DNA of 22,992 bases from an uncultured bacterium. Its GTDB lineage: Bacteria > Lernaellota > Lernaellaia > Lernaellales > Lernaellaceae. Each line of letters starts with the position of its first letter. The stretch's first letter is position 1. Under the pieces are notes generated by a model. It saw only the letters and a program-made list of their open reading frames with translations. It searched no databases and had not been told where the DNA came from. Made by a program: the position numbers and the translations under genes. Location: contig CAZHPN010000044.1 in assembly GCA_964534375.1 (NCBI GenBank), positions 13,150 through 36,141 of the forward strand, given 5' to 3'. This document shows positions 7,964 through 17,887 of this stretch, one piece after another.

Positions 7964-8009
7964 TTGACAACCCGCGGACGCGTGGCCAAATTTCATGCAG
8001 ATCATGAAA
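7964..8009 (+). promoter_or_regulatory. Candidate sigma70 promoter of nuo with an overlapping palindromic operator
   Basis: TTGACA (7964-7969), 17 bp, then a weak -10 CAAATT (7987-7992). TTTCATG-CAGAT-CATGAAA at 7991-8009. Confidence 0.45.
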
Positions 8010-8127
8010 GTAGTCCCGAGAGCATATTCCTAATTAGTTCACGGTCGGACGCGCCGCCTTGCGGTTAGTCCGAGGCGGTCGGCGATACGGGCGCGAGCGC
8101 GGTTTTTCGCCGGGGAGAACGGGAACG

Positions 8128-8532
8128 GTGAGCAGCGCACCCCTTTGGCCCTTCGCGCTCTTTATCGCGCTCGTGATCGGCCTGGTGCTCTTCATGCTGG
8201 CCGCGTCGTGGCTGCTCGGCGGCCGGCGGCGCGACCGGGTGACCGAAGAGCCGTACGAATCCGGCATGCCGCTGACGGGCTCGGCGCACATCCGCCTTTC
8301 CATCAAGTATTACCTCATCGCCATGTTTTTCGTGCTCTTCGACCTGGAGACGATATTCCTCGTCACCTGGGCCGCCGCGGCGCGCGAGTCGGGTTGGACG
8401 GGCTACGTCGCGATGCTGGTCTTCGTCGTGTCGCTGGTCGTCGCCCTCGCCTACCTCTGGCGCGAAGGGGCGCTGGATTGCGGGCCGCGCCCGACGCGCG
8501 AGAGCCCGGCGGACAAGGAGCGCGCGCGATGA
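8128..8532 (+). CDS. nuoA: NADH-quinone oxidoreductase subunit A
   Basis: GTG start after a GGGGAG RBS; PYESG loop, [14 protein letters not shown], three TM helices, YLWREGALD. Confidence 0.95.
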   Translation: MSSAPLWPFALFIALVIGLVLFMLAASWLLGGRRRDRVTEEPYESGMPLTGSAHIRLSIKYYLIAMFFVLFDLETIFLVTWAAAARESGWTGYVAMLVFVVSLVVALAYLWREGALDCGPRPTRESPADKERAR

Positions 8533-9176
8533 ACCCGTTTTCCCGCGGCACGCCCGGCGGCAAGACCTCGGCGGACCTCGCGCGCGAGGCGCTCATCGCG
8601 CAGACGCAACACGGGTTCTTGCTCACCAAGCTGCAAGACCTGGTCGCGTGGGGCCGGAAGAACTCGCTGTGGCCGTTCGGCTTCGGCCTCTCGTGCTGCT
8701 TCATCGAATACGCCGCGGCGCTCACCAGCCGGCACGACATCGCGCGTTTCGGGCAAGAGGTGCTGCGCGGCACGCCGCGCGAGGCCGACTTGCTGATCGT
8801 CGCCGGCACGCCCTTCGTCAAATGCGCGCCGATGATCCGCCGCTTGTACGAGCAGTTGCTCGAACCGCGTTGGGTCGTGTCGATGGGCTCGTGCTCGAAC
8901 TCGGGCGGCATGTACGACATCTACAGCGTCGTGCAAGGCGTCGACAAAATCATCCCGGTCGATGTTTACGTGCCCGGCTGCCCGCCGCGGCCCGAAGCGT
9001 TGATGGAAGGCCTGCTGCTGCTGCGCGAGAAGGTCGGCAAGGAACGCCGGCCGCTGAGTTGGGTCGCCGGCTCGCAGGAAACGCTCGCGCCCGCGACGCC
9101 GTGCATGCGCGACCTGAAACTGGACGCGCGCCGCCGCATGACGACGCTGCCGTCGCCCGACGAAGTCGAGGGTTGA
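8529..9176 (+). CDS. nuoB: NADH-quinone oxidoreductase subunit B (N2 cluster)
   Basis: ATGA overlap with nuo[38 protein letters not shown]. Confidence 0.97.
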   Translation: MNPFSRGTPGGKTSADLAREALIAQTQHGFLLTKLQDLVAWGRKNSLWPFGFGLSCCFIEYAAALTSRHDIARFGQEVLRGTPREADLLIVAGTPFVKCAPMIRRLYEQLLEPRWVVSMGSCSNSGGMYDIYSVVQGVDKIIPVDVYVPGCPPRPEALMEGLLLLREKVGKERRPLSWVAGSQETLAPATPCMRDLKLDARRRMTTLPSPDEVEG

Positions 9177-9183
9177 ACCGCCG

Positions 9184-10938
9184 ATGACTGCCGCCGCCTT
9201 TCCCCCGACGCACGACGCCCTGCAAAAATGCTTCGGCGGCGGCGTGGTCTGCACGCAAACGACGCGCGACGGCGTACCGACCGTCTGGGTTCCCGCCGCC
9301 TCCATCGGCGAGGTGCTGCGGTTTCTCAAGTACGACGCGCCGGGGCCGTATCCGCTGCTCTACGATCTCACCGCCATCGACGAGCGCGCGCGCCACCGCC
9401 GCGAGGGCCAGCCGCCGAGCGACTTCACGGTCGTCTATCACCTGTTGTCTCTGGAGCGGAACGAAGACGTGCGGGTGAAGGTCGCGCTGCAAGGCGACGC
9501 GCCGCACCTCCGCTCGATCGCCGACCTCTGGCCCAACGCAAATTGGTACGAACGCGAGGCCTGGGACCTCTTCGGCGTCGTCTTCGACGGCCATCCCAAC
9601 CTGCGCCGCATCCTGCTGCCGCCGTGGTGGGACGGCCATCCGCTGCGCAAGGACCACCCGGCGCGCGCCACCGAAATGGGCCGCTTTTCGATGCCCGAAG
9701 ACGCCTGGATGGCATACGAAGACGAGTTGCGCTTCCAGCCCGAGGAATGGGGCCTCGACGTCCGCGCGGGCGAAACCGAAACCATGATTCTCAATCTCGG
9801 CCCGCAGCATCTGGGCACGCACGGCCTGCTGCGGCTGATTCTGCAACTCGACGGCGAGGAGATCGTCGCCGCGGTTCCCGATATTGGCTACCACCATCGC
9901 GGCGCCGAAAAAATGGCCGAACGCCAGACCTGGCACACGTACATCCCCTACACCGACCGCATCGATTACCTCGCTGGCGCGCTGAACAACCTGCCCTACG
10001 TGCTGGCCGTCGAGCAACTCGCGGGCATTGCGGCGCCGGCGCGGGCGCAGACGATTCGCGTGCTGATCGCCGAGTTGTTCCGCATCGAAAGCCATCTGGT
10101 GTGGTTCGGCACGCAGGCGCAGGACATCGGCTCGCTCTCGCCCCTGTTTTACACGTTCAACGACCGCGAAAAAATCTTCCATATCGTCGAAGCGATCTGC
10201 GGCGGGCGGATGCACCCGATGTGGTTCCGCATCGGCGGCGTCGCGCAGGATCTGCCCAACGGCTGGGCCGAGTTGGTTGCCGATTTTCTGACCTACCTGC
10301 CGCCCCGCCTGCGCGAATACGAAAAGATCGTGATGAAGAACAAGATTTTCCAGGCGCGGGCGAAGGGCGTCGGCCGCTTCACGCTGGCCGAAGCGCTCGA
10401 CTGGGGCGTCACCGGCCCGGGTCTGCGTGCGACCGGCCTCGACTGGGATTTCCGCAAGAAACGGCCGTATTCCGGCTACGAAAATTTCGATTTCGACATC
10501 CCGACCGCGCAGGCCGGCGACGTTTTCGCGCGGTGCGAGGTGCGCCTGGCCGAGATTCGGCAAAGCCTGCGGATCGTCGAGCAGTGCCTGAAAAACATGC
10601 CGGCCGGCCCGTACAAGTCCGACCACCCGCTGGCGACGCCGCCGGTCAAAGAACGCACGATGCAGGATATCGAAACCCTGATCACCCATTTTCTCGCGGT
10701 GAGTTGGGGGCCGGTGATCCCGCCGGGCGAAGGGTTCGTCGGCGTCGAAGGGACCAAAGGCGGCAACGGCTATTACCTGATCAGCGACGGCGACAACCGC
10801 GCGTACCGCTGCCGCATCCGCACGCCGTCGTTCGCGCACGTGCAAATGCTGCCGCTGCTCTGCCGCGGCGCGCTGGTGAGCGACGTGCTGGCGATTCTGG
10901 GCGCGGTCGATTACGTCCTGGCGGACATTGACCGCTAA
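9184..10938 (+). CDS. nuoCD: NADH-quinone oxidoreductase fused subunit C/D
   Basis: NuoC motifs [13 protein letters not shown] and GHPLRKD are in frame with NuoD motifs [34 protein letters not shown] and C-terminal DIDR. Confidence 0.97.
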   Translation: MTAAAFPPTHDALQKCFGGGVVCTQTTRDGVPTVWVPAASIGEVLRFLKYDAPGPYPLLYDLTAIDERARHRREGQPPSDFTVVYHLLSLERNEDVRVKVALQGDAPHLRSIADLWPNANWYEREAWDLFGVVFDGHPNLRRILLPPWWDGHPLRKDHPARATEMGRFSMPEDAWMAYEDELRFQPEEWGLDVRAGETETMILNLGPQHLGTHGLLRLILQLDGEEIVAAVPDIGYHHRGAEKMAERQTWHTYIPYTDRIDYLAGALNNLPYVLAVEQLAGIAAPARAQTIRVLIAELFRIESHLVWFGTQAQDIGSLSPLFYTFNDREKIFHIVEAICGGRMHPMWFRIGGVAQDLPNGWAELVADFLTYLPPRLREYEKIVMKNKIFQARAKGVGRFTLAEALDWGVTGPGLRATGLDWDFRKKRPYSGYENFDFDIPTAQAGDVFARCEVRLAEIRQSLRIVEQCLKNMPAGPYKSDHPLATPPVKERTMQDIETLITHFLAVSWGPVIPPGEGFVGVEGTKGGNGYYLISDGDNRAYRCRIRTPSFAHVQMLPLLCRGALVSDVLAILGAVDYVLADIDR

Positions 10939-10949
10939 GGGGATGAAAT

Positions 10950-11107
10950 ATTGAACCGCGAAGAGACGGAGGGGATTATTAAACCGCGAATGCACGCGAA
11001 TGCACGCGAATCCGGACATGTACTTTCTTATTCGCGTTTGTTGGCGATTGGAACAAGGGTTCAATCCACTGTGCTCCTCTGTGTCCTCTGTGCCTCTGTG
11101 GTTCAAT
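10950..11107. repeat. Nested palindromic, MITE-like intergenic repeat element between nuoCD and nuoE
   Basis: Terminal IR ATTGAACC (10950-10957)/GGTTCAAT (11100-11107), with an extra GGTTCAAT at 11058-11065. Tandem CGCGAATGCA x2.7 (10985-11011) with complementary ATTCGCG near 11030. CTCTGTG x3 (11077-11100). Lower GC than the flanks. Confidence 0.75.
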
Positions 11108-11126
11108 TAAAAGGAATCATGCCGTC

Positions 11127-11606
11127 ATGCTGACGCCCGACGAAATCCGCGAGATCGAAGCAGCGATCCATTCGTACGAGCATCGCGCCGCCGGCTGCCT
11201 CGAAGCGCTCAAGATCGCGCAGGCGCATCGCCGCTGGGTGTCCGACGAAACCGTGCGCGACGTGGCCGCGCTGCTCGGCATGGGCCCCGCGGAAGTCGAA
11301 AGCGTCGCGACGTTCTACAGCCTGATCTTTCGCCAGCCGGTCGGCCGGCACGTGATTCTCGTGTGCGACAGCGTCAGTTGCTGGCTGCTCGGCTACGAAC
11401 GTCTGTTCGCGCACCTCGACCGCCGCCTCGGCCTCAAGCCCGGCCAGACCACGGCCGACGGCGAGTTCACGCTGCTGCCCACGGCCTGCCTCGGCGCGTG
11501 CGACCGCGCGCCGGCGCTGATGATCGACGACGAACTCTACGGCAACCTCGACGAGGCGAAACTCGACGCCCTCCTCGACGCCTGCCGGCAAAAGGACCGC
11601 GCATGA
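11127..11606 (+). CDS. nuoE: NADH-quinone oxidoreductase subunit E (N1a)
   Basis: VATFYS, CDSVSC, CLGAC 2Fe-2S ligands. Confidence 0.96.
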   Translation: MLTPDEIREIEAAIHSYEHRAAGCLEALKIAQAHRRWVSDETVRDVAALLGMGPAEVESVATFYSLIFRQPVGRHVILVCDSVSCWLLGYERLFAHLDRRLGLKPGQTTADGEFTLLPTACLGACDRAPALMIDDELYGNLDEAKLDALLDACRQKDRA

Positions 11607-12886
11607 GCGAACGGCCGCTGACCGAAAACCTCAAAGCCGACGGCTCGCCGCTGAGCTTCGCCGAATACGAAGCCGCCGGCGGCTACGAGGCCGCGGCCAA
11701 GGCGCTCGCGTCGCTGACGCCGGACGAGGCGCTCAAGACGGTCCAGGACTCCGGCCTGCGCGGGCGCGGCGGCGCCGGCTTCCCCACCGGCGCCAAGTGG
11801 AGCCTGGCGCCGCGCGGCGAGCGGGCGGTGAAGCCGACGTACCTCGTCGCCAACGCCGACGAAATGGAGCCGGGCACGTTCAAAGACCGCCTGTTGCTCG
11901 AAGGCAACCCGCACCAGATTATCGAGGGCATGCTCCTCGCCGGCTACGCGATCGGCGCGACCGCCGCGTACATTTTTCTGCGCGTCGAATATACGCGGGC
12001 CGCGGCGCGGGTGCGGCAGGCGCTCGCCGAGGCGTACGCCCGCGGCTGGCTCGGCGCGAACATCCGCGGCTCGGGCTACAGCCTGGATATCCACCTGCAC
12101 ACGAGCGCCGGGCGCTACATGTGCGGCGAGGAAACGGGGCTGATCAATTCGTTGCAGGGCCGCCGCGCCACGCCGCGCGCCAAGCCGCCGTTCCCGGTGG
12201 TCAGCGGCCTCTTCGGCAAACCGACGGTCGTGCAAAACGCGGAAACGCTCGCCAACCTGCCGCCGATCCTGCGTCGCGGCGCCGATTGGTACAAATCGCT
12301 CTCCAGCTCGGCGGACGCGGGCACGAAAATCTACGGCGTCAGCGGCCGCGTGAAAAAACCCGGCCTGTGGGAACTGCCGATGGGCGCGACGATCCGCGAG
12401 ATTCTCGAAGACCGCGCCGGCGGCATGCAGGACGGCCGGAAGCTGCGCGGCCTGCTGCCCGGCGGGGCATCGACCGACTTCCTCACGCCCGAGCACCTCG
12501 ACACGCCGATGGATTTCAACTCGATTCAGCGCGCCGGCAGCCGCCTCGGCACCGGCACGATGATCGTGCTCGACGACGGCGCGTGCCCCGTCGGCATGGT
12601 GCTGAACCTCACGCGGTTTTTCGCGCGCGAATCGTGCGGCTGGTGCACGCCGTGCCGCGAAGGCCTGCCGTATCTCGCGCAAATTTTGCAGGCAATCGAA
12701 AGCGGCGCTGGCGAACCGGACGACCTCGCCGTGCTCGAAGAACACACGCGCCTGCTCGGCCCGGGCATGACCTTTTGCGCGCTGGCGCCCGGCGCGGTCG
12801 AGCCGCTGCAAAGCGCGCTGAAGTATTTTCGCGAAGATTTCGAACGGCACATCAACGAAAAAAGGTGTCCGTGGAGCAACGGATGA
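11603..12886 (+). CDS. nuoF: NADH-quinone oxidoreductase subunit F (FMN/NADH, N3)
   Basis: ATGA overlap with nuoE; GLRGRGGAGFPTG, NADEMEPGTFKDR, YMCGEET, ESCGWCTPCREG...TFCA. Confidence 0.97.
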   Translation: MSERPLTENLKADGSPLSFAEYEAAGGYEAAAKALASLTPDEALKTVQDSGLRGRGGAGFPTGAKWSLAPRGERAVKPTYLVANADEMEPGTFKDRLLLEGNPHQIIEGMLLAGYAIGATAAYIFLRVEYTRAAARVRQALAEAYARGWLGANIRGSGYSLDIHLHTSAGRYMCGEETGLINSLQGRRATPRAKPPFPVVSGLFGKPTVVQNAETLANLPPILRRGADWYKSLSSSADAGTKIYGVSGRVKKPGLWELPMGATIREILEDRAGGMQDGRKLRGLLPGGASTDFLTPEHLDTPMDFNSIQRAGSRLGTGTMIVLDDGACPVGMVLNLTRFFARESCGWCTPCREGLPYLAQILQAIESGAGEPDDLAVLEEHTRLLGPGMTFCALAPGAVEPLQSALKYFREDFERHINEKRCPWSNG

Positions 12887-15561
12887 CGGTGCTTTTTGTC
12901 GACGGAAAACCGCGCGAGTTGGCGCACGCCGAAGGCAACCTGCTGCAGGCGCTGCTGACGCTCGGCTACGACGTGCCCTATTTCTGCTGGCACCCGGCGC
13001 TCGGCTCGGTGGGCGCGTGCCGGCAGTGCGCGGTCAAGGTGTTCCGCGACAAGAACGACACACGCGGCCAGATCGTCATGTCGTGCATGACGCCGGTCCG
13101 CGACGGCATGCTCGTCTCCGTCGACGACGCGACGGCGAAGCGCTTCCGCAAGAGCGTGATCGAGTGGCTGATGCTGAATCACCCGCACGACTGCCCGGTC
13201 TGCGACGAGGGCGGGCAATGCCACTTGCAAGATGTCACGGTGATGACCGGCCACAACTGCCGCACCACGCGCTTCCCCAAACGCACGCACCGCAGCCAGG
13301 ATCTCGGGCCGTTTTTGCAGCACGAAATGAACCGCTGCATTCAGTGCTATCGCTGCGTGCGGTTTTATCGCGAATACGCGGGCGGCAAAGACCTCGCGGC
13401 GCTGGGCGCCCATCATCACGTCTATTTCGGCCGCGAGGCGTCCGGCGCGCTCGAAAGCGAGTTCGCCGGCAACCTCGCCGAGGTCTGCCCGACGGGCGTT
13501 TTCACCGACAAGCCGGCGCGGGCGCGTTACGCGCGCAAGTGGGATTTGACGACCGCGCCTTCGATCTGCGCGCATTGCGGCCTGGGCTGCAACACGATCG
13601 TCGCCGCGCGCTACGGCCGCGTCGTGCGCGTCGAGAACCGCTATCACCCGGCCATCAATGGCTATTTCCTCTGCGACCGGGGCCGTTTTGCGCGCGATTT
13701 CGTCGAAAGCGAAAAGCGCATCCGGACGCCGCTGGTGCGCGAGGCGTCCGCCGGCGGATTGCAACCCGCCTCGGCCGTAGCGGCGGTGAAGCAGGCTGCG
13801 GCGTTGCTCGGCAACAAGGCGATCGGCATCGGTTCGCCGCGCGCGTCGCTCGAAGGCAATTTTGCCTTGCGCGAACTGGTCGGCGTCGATCGCTTTTACC
13901 TGGGACTGTCGGCGCAAGATGCGCGGCTGGCCTCGCTGGCGTTGCAGATTCTGCGCACGCCAGCCGTGCCCGCGTATTCGCTGCACGAAATCGAAGACGC
14001 CGAGGCCGCGCTGATTCTCGGCGAAGATGTCGCCAACACCGCGCCGCGCCTGGCGCTCGCGTTGCGGCAGACTGCGCGCCGGCAACCGGCCCGCGCGGCC
14101 GCGGCCACCGGCATTCCGGCGTGGCAGGCGCATTCGATCGCCGACGCGATTCACGATCGGCTTGGCCCGCTGTACATCGCCGGCCCGGTCGCCACGCGGC
14201 TCGACGAAATCGCGACGCGGACTTATCGAGCGGCCCCCGACGACGTCGCCCGCCTCGGATTCGCCGTCGCGGCGGCGTTCGACGACCGGCTGCCGCGGGT
14301 CGCCGATCTGCCCGCCGAGGTTGCGGCGCTGGTCGCCGAAATCGCCGCGGCGCTGAAACCGGCGCGCCGCACGGTCGTCGTCGCCGGCCTCTGGCTCGGC
14401 AGCGAAGCCGTGTTGCTCGCGGCGGCGCACGTCGTCGGCGCACTGCGCGGCGCCGGCTTCGACGCCGGCCTTTGCCTCGTTCCGCCCGAAGCCAACACGT
14501 TCGGCCTGGCGCTGCTCGGCGGCCGGCCGCTCGCCGACGCGTTCGCCTTGGCCCGTCAGGGCGAAGTCGAGACGGCGCTCGTTCTCGAAAACGATCTGCA
14601 CCGCCGGGCGCCCGCCGCCGCGGTCGACGAATTTTTCGCGGCGGTGAAAAACTTCGTCGCGCTCGATTGCGTGAGCACGCGCACGGCGACGCGCGCCTCA
14701 GTCGTTTTGCCGGCCGCGACCTGGGCCGAGAGCGACGGCGCGTTCGTCAACAACGAAGGCCGCGCCCAGCGCTTCTATCGCGTCATTCCGCCGCAGGAAT
14801 TGGTCCGCGACAGTTGGCGCTGGCTCGACGCGCTCGCCGGCGTCAATCGCGATCTCGACGGCGTCGCCGCGGCGCTCGCCGCGAGTTCGCCCGAGTTCGC
14901 CGCGCTGCCGCAGGCGGCGCCGGATGCGAAATTCCGCCTGCTCAACGAGCGCGTGCCCATGCAGCCGCGGCGTTTTTCCGGCCGCACGGCCATCGACGCC
15001 GCGGTCGAGGTCAGCGAACCGAAGCCGCCGCTCGATCCGGATTCCGCGTTCGCGTTTTCGATGGAAGGCTGCGACGGCCAACCGCCGCCGGCGCTGACGC
15101 CGTTCTACTGGTCGCCGAACTGGAATTCGGTGCAGGCGCTCAACAAGTTTCAAGCCGAGGTCGGCGGGCCATTGCGCGGCGGTGAGCCCGGCGCGCGTTT
15201 GCTCGCGCCCGACGGCCCAAGTCTTGCGCCCTCGTCCGCGCCGCCGGCCTTCGCCGCGCCCGCGGACCATTGGTTGCTGCTGCCGATCCAAACCGTGTTC
15301 GGCTCCGACGAATTGAGCGCGTTGTCGCCGGCGATCGCCGCGCGCATTCTCGCGCCGTTCGTCGCGTTGAATGACGACGCGGCCAAGGCGCTGGGCGCTA
15401 CTGCCGGCGATGCGCTGCTCGTCGAACTCGACGACGAGGCGGTTCGCCTGCCGCTCGCGATCGAGCCGTTGCCGCACGGCGTCGCGGCCGTCTGGGCCGG
15501 CCCCGACGGCGCGGACGCGCGACCGCCGGCGTGGGCGCGGATACGCAAGGAGGCGCGATGA
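12883..15561 (+). CDS. nuoG: NADH-quinone oxidoreductase subunit G, long form (892 aa)
   Basis: ATGA overlap with nuoF. N1b (FCWH...GACRQC...SC), N5 (HPHDCPVCDEGGQC), N4 (CIQCYRC...VCP) and N7 (CAHCGLGC...LCDRGRF), followed by a molybdopterin-oxidoreductase-like region. Confidence 0.96.
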   Translation: MTVLFVDGKPRELAHAEGNLLQALLTLGYDVPYFCWHPALGSVGACRQCAVKVFRDKNDTRGQIVMSCMTPVRDGMLVSVDDATAKRFRKSVIEWLMLNHPHDCPVCDEGGQCHLQDVTVMTGHNCRTTRFPKRTHRSQDLGPFLQHEMNRCIQCYRCVRFYREYAGGKDLAALGAHHHVYFGREASGALESEFAGNLAEVCPTGVFTDKPARARYARKWDLTTAPSICAHCGLGCNTIVAARYGRVVRVENRYHPAINGYFLCDRGRFARDFVESEKRIRTPLVREASAGGLQPASAVAAVKQAAALLGNKAIGIGSPRASLEGNFALRELVGVDRFYLGLSAQDARLASLALQILRTPAVPAYSLHEIEDAEAALILGEDVANTAPRLALALRQTARRQPARAAAATGIPAWQAHSIADAIHDRLGPLYIAGPVATRLDEIATRTYRAAPDDVARLGFAVAAAFDDRLPRVADLPAEVAALVAEIAAALKPARRTVVVAGLWLGSEAVLLAAAHVVGALRGAGFDAGLCLVPPEANTFGLALLGGRPLADAFALARQGEVETALVLENDLHRRAPAAAVDEFFAAVKNFVALDCVSTRTATRASVVLPAATWAESDGAFVNNEGRAQRFYRVIPPQELVRDSWRWLDALAGVNRDLDGVAAALAASSPEFAALPQAAPDAKFRLLNERVPMQPRRFSGRTAIDAAVEVSEPKPPLDPDSAFAFSMEGCDGQPPPALTPFYWSPNWNSVQALNKFQAEVGGPLRGGEPGARLLAPDGPSLAPSSAPPAFAAPADHWLLLPIQTVFGSDELSALSPAIAARILAPFVALNDDAAKALGATAGDALLVELDDEAVRLPLAIEPLPHGVAAVWAGPDGADARPPAWARIRKEAR

Positions 15562-16517
15562 GCGAGCCGTGGCGCAGCCTGGCGGTCGTGATCGGCGTGC
15601 TCGTCGCCGTGCTGCTGGTGGTGATGCTCAACGTGTTTCTCGAACGCCGCATCATTGCGCGCTGGCAGGATCGCCGCGGCCCGAACCGCGTCGGCCCGTT
15701 CGGCCTGCTGCAACTGATCGCCGACGTGGTCAAGCTCTTCACGAAAGAGGATTGGGTTCCGCACTTCGCCGATCGGCCGGTGTTCGTCATTGCGCCGACG
15801 GTGGTGATGATCGCGGGCATGCTGTCGTTCGCCGTCATCCCGTTCGCGCCGCGAATCGGCATCGTCGACCTCAACATCGGCCTGCTGTTCTTCTTCGGCA
15901 TGTCGTCGATGGGGGTGTACAGCGTCGTGCTCGGCGGCTGGGCGAGCAACAGCAAATATTCGCTGATCGGCGGCATGCGTGCGGCGGCGCAGATGCTCAG
16001 CTACGAGGTGTTCCTCGCGTTGTCGCTGGCGGGCGTCGTGGCGCTGACCGGCTCGTTCGACTTGCGCAAGATCGTCGAGGCGCAGGCGGCGCACGGCTGG
16101 TTCATCGGGCCGCAGTTTCTCGGGTTCGTCGTGTTCCTGATCGCCGGCATTGCGGAGACGCACCGCCTGCCCTTCGATCTGCCCGAGGCCGAAAGCGAAC
16201 TGGTCGCCGGCTTTCACAGCGAGTATTCGAGCATGAAATTTGGGATGTTCTTCGTCGGCGAATACGTCGGCGTGACGCTCGTCTCGGCGATGATTGTCAC
16301 CTTATTTTTCGGCGGTTGGCTGGGGCCGTGGCTGCCGCCGCTGGTCTGGTTCGTCGCGAAAACCTATTTCTTCATCTGCTTCTTTTTCTTGCTGCGCGGC
16401 ACCCTGCCCCGGCCGCGCTTCGATCAACTGATGGCGTACGGCTGGAAGGCGATGCTGCCGCTGGCCTTGCTGAATCTGGTCGTCACCGGCGGCGTCAAAC
16501 TGTGGCTCCAGTCGTAG
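15558..16517 (+). CDS. nuoH: NADH-quinone oxidoreductase subunit H
   Basis: AGGAGG RBS and ATGA overlap; ERRI...[36 protein letters not shown]. Confidence 0.97.
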   Translation: MSEPWRSLAVVIGVLVAVLLVVMLNVFLERRIIARWQDRRGPNRVGPFGLLQLIADVVKLFTKEDWVPHFADRPVFVIAPTVVMIAGMLSFAVIPFAPRIGIVDLNIGLLFFFGMSSMGVYSVVLGGWASNSKYSLIGGMRAAAQMLSYEVFLALSLAGVVALTGSFDLRKIVEAQAAHGWFIGPQFLGFVVFLIAGIAETHRLPFDLPEAESELVAGFHSEYSSMKFGMFFVGEYVGVTLVSAMIVTLFFGGWLGPWLPPLVWFVAKTYFFICFFFLLRGTLPRPRFDQLMAYGWKAMLPLALLNLVVTGGVKLWLQS

Positions 16518-16533
16518 ACGCGGGAGAACGGCA

Positions 16534-17052
16534 GTGATTTTGAGTTCGTTGCGCAGTCTGTGGCACGTCTTCCGCCACACGTTTCGCCGGCCGATCACGG
16601 TGCAATATCCGGAAGAGATGCCGGCCATTCCGCCGCGTTGGCGCGGGCGCATCGTGCTGACGCGCGACCCCGACGGCGCCGAACGCTGCGTCGCCTGCTA
16701 TCTGTGCGCGGCCGCCTGCCCGGTCGATTGCATCGCGCTGCAGGCGACCGAAGACGAGCGCGGGCGGCGATATCCCCAATTCTTCCGCATCAATTTTTCG
16801 CGTTGCATCTTCTGCGGCTATTGCGAGGAAGCCTGCCCGACGTACGCGATTCAACTGAGCAACGATTTCGAAATGTGCGAGTACGACCGGCGCAACCTCG
16901 TTTACGAAAAAGAACATCTGCTGATCGACGGCCCGGGCAAACGCCCCGACTACAATTTCTATCGCGTGGCCGGGGTCGCGGTCGGCGTCAAAGAACCCGG
17001 ATCGTCGGCGGGCGAGCAGCCGCCCGTCGATGTCCGCAGCCTGCTGCCGTAG
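16534..17052 (+). CDS. nuoI: NADH-quinone oxidoreductase subunit I (N6a/N6b)
   Basis: GTG start after [17 protein letters not shown] and [12 protein letters not shown]. Confidence 0.97.
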   Translation: MILSSLRSLWHVFRHTFRRPITVQYPEEMPAIPPRWRGRIVLTRDPDGAERCVACYLCAAACPVDCIALQATEDERGRRYPQFFRINFSRCIFCGYCEEACPTYAIQLSNDFEMCEYDRRNLVYEKEHLLIDGPGKRPDYNFYRVAGVAVGVKEPGSSAGEQPPVDVRSLLP

Positions 17053-17068
17053 AGCGGCGGAGCGCAGC

Positions 17069-17578
17069 ATGCAAACGGCTTTTTACCTGGCGGCGGCGAT
17101 CGCGATTGCGGCGACGGCGATGGTCGTCACGCGGCGCAACGTCGTGCACGCGCTGCTCTACCTCGTGCTCTCGCTGCTGGCGATCGCCGTGGTCTTCTTC
17201 ACGCTCGGCGCGCCGTTCGTCGCCGCGCTGGAAGTGATCGTCTACGCCGGGGCGATCATGGTGCTGTTCGTCTTCGTCGTGATGATGCTCAACCTCGGCC
17301 CGGCCGCCGTCGCGCAGGAGCGCGAGTGGACCCGGCCCGGCGTCTGGATCCTGCCGGCGATTCTCGCCGCCGTGCTCTTCGGCGAAGTCGTTTTTCTGCT
17401 CGGCGGCGCCGGCGGGCCGAACGCGGGCGGCCTGGAAGTGACGCCGGCGCAGGTTGCGACGGCGCTCTACGGGCCGTATGTGCTCGCGGTCGAACTGGCC
17501 TCGCTGCTGCTGCTGGCGGGGCTGATCGGGGCGTATCACCTGGGCCGGCGCGGCAAGGGAAGCGAGGACGAATTATGA
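17069..17578 (+). CDS. nuoJ: NADH-quinone oxidoreductase subunit J
   Basis: [39 protein letters not shown]. Confidence 0.95.
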   Translation: MQTAFYLAAAIAIAATAMVVTRRNVVHALLYLVLSLLAIAVVFFTLGAPFVAALEVIVYAGAIMVLFVFVVMMLNLGPAAVAQEREWTRPGVWILPAILAAVLFGEVVFLLGGAGGPNAGGLEVTPAQVATALYGPYVLAVELASLLLLAGLIGAYHLGRRGKGSEDEL

Positions 17579-17886
17579 CGGCGACCGTCCCGGTCGAGCA
17601 CGTGATTGCGCTGGCGGCGGCGTTGTTCGCCCTCGGGGTCGTGGGCCTGCTGGTGCGGCGCAACATCATGCTGATGCTGGTGTCGCTCGAAATCATGCTC
17701 AACGCCGCGGGCCTGGCGTTCGTCGCCGCGGGCGCGCGGTGGCAGGCGCCGGACGGCCAGGTGATGTTTTTGGTGATCTTGACCGTCGCCGCCGCCGAGG
17801 TGTCGGTGGGGCTCGCGCTGGCGCTGCAGATTTATCGCCGCTTCAAAACGCTCGACGCCGACGCGCTCGACGAGATGCGAGGCTGA
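17575..17886 (+). CDS. nuoK: NADH-quinone oxidoreductase subunit K
   Basis: ATGA overlap; RRN...[22 protein letters not shown]-terminal MRG. Confidence 0.96.
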   Translation: MTATVPVEHVIALAAALFALGVVGLLVRRNIMLMLVSLEIMLNAAGLAFVAAGARWQAPDGQVMFLVILTVAAAEVSVGLALALQIYRRFKTLDADALDEMRG

Positions 17887-17887
17887 G

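Noticed and set aside
7983..7999. Sigma54 promoter for nuo (TGGC...TGCA)
   Set aside because: The GG-to-GC spacing is 11 rather than the required 10.
7123..8007. Plus-strand ORFs 7123-7653, 7190-7795 and 7666-8007 as real genes
   Set aside because: They overlap each other, lack a clear RBS or motifs, and have Arg/Ser-rich, non-protein-like composition.
9184..10938. Group 4 [NiFe]-hydrogenase large subunit instead of NuoCD
   Set aside because: No CxxC Ni-binding motifs at either end; it ends in DIDR and sits in a full nuoA-N operon.
8950..11106. 718-aa minus-strand ORF
   Set aside because: Antisense shadow of nuoB/nuoCD in high-GC DNA. Its N-terminus (MNHRGTEDTE...) is just the translated repeat element.
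10951..11133. 60-aa ORF between nuoCD and nuoE
   Set aside because: Coincides with the palindromic repeat element and has atypical codon usage.
11797..12882. Apparent 362-aa N-terminal extension of NuoG (likewise the extensions of NuoA, B, F, H, J and K in the ORF track)
   Set aside because: Mostly out-of-frame read-through of the upstream gene (upstream non-coding DNA for nuoA). The true starts are at ATGA overlaps or RBS-preceded codons where homology begins.
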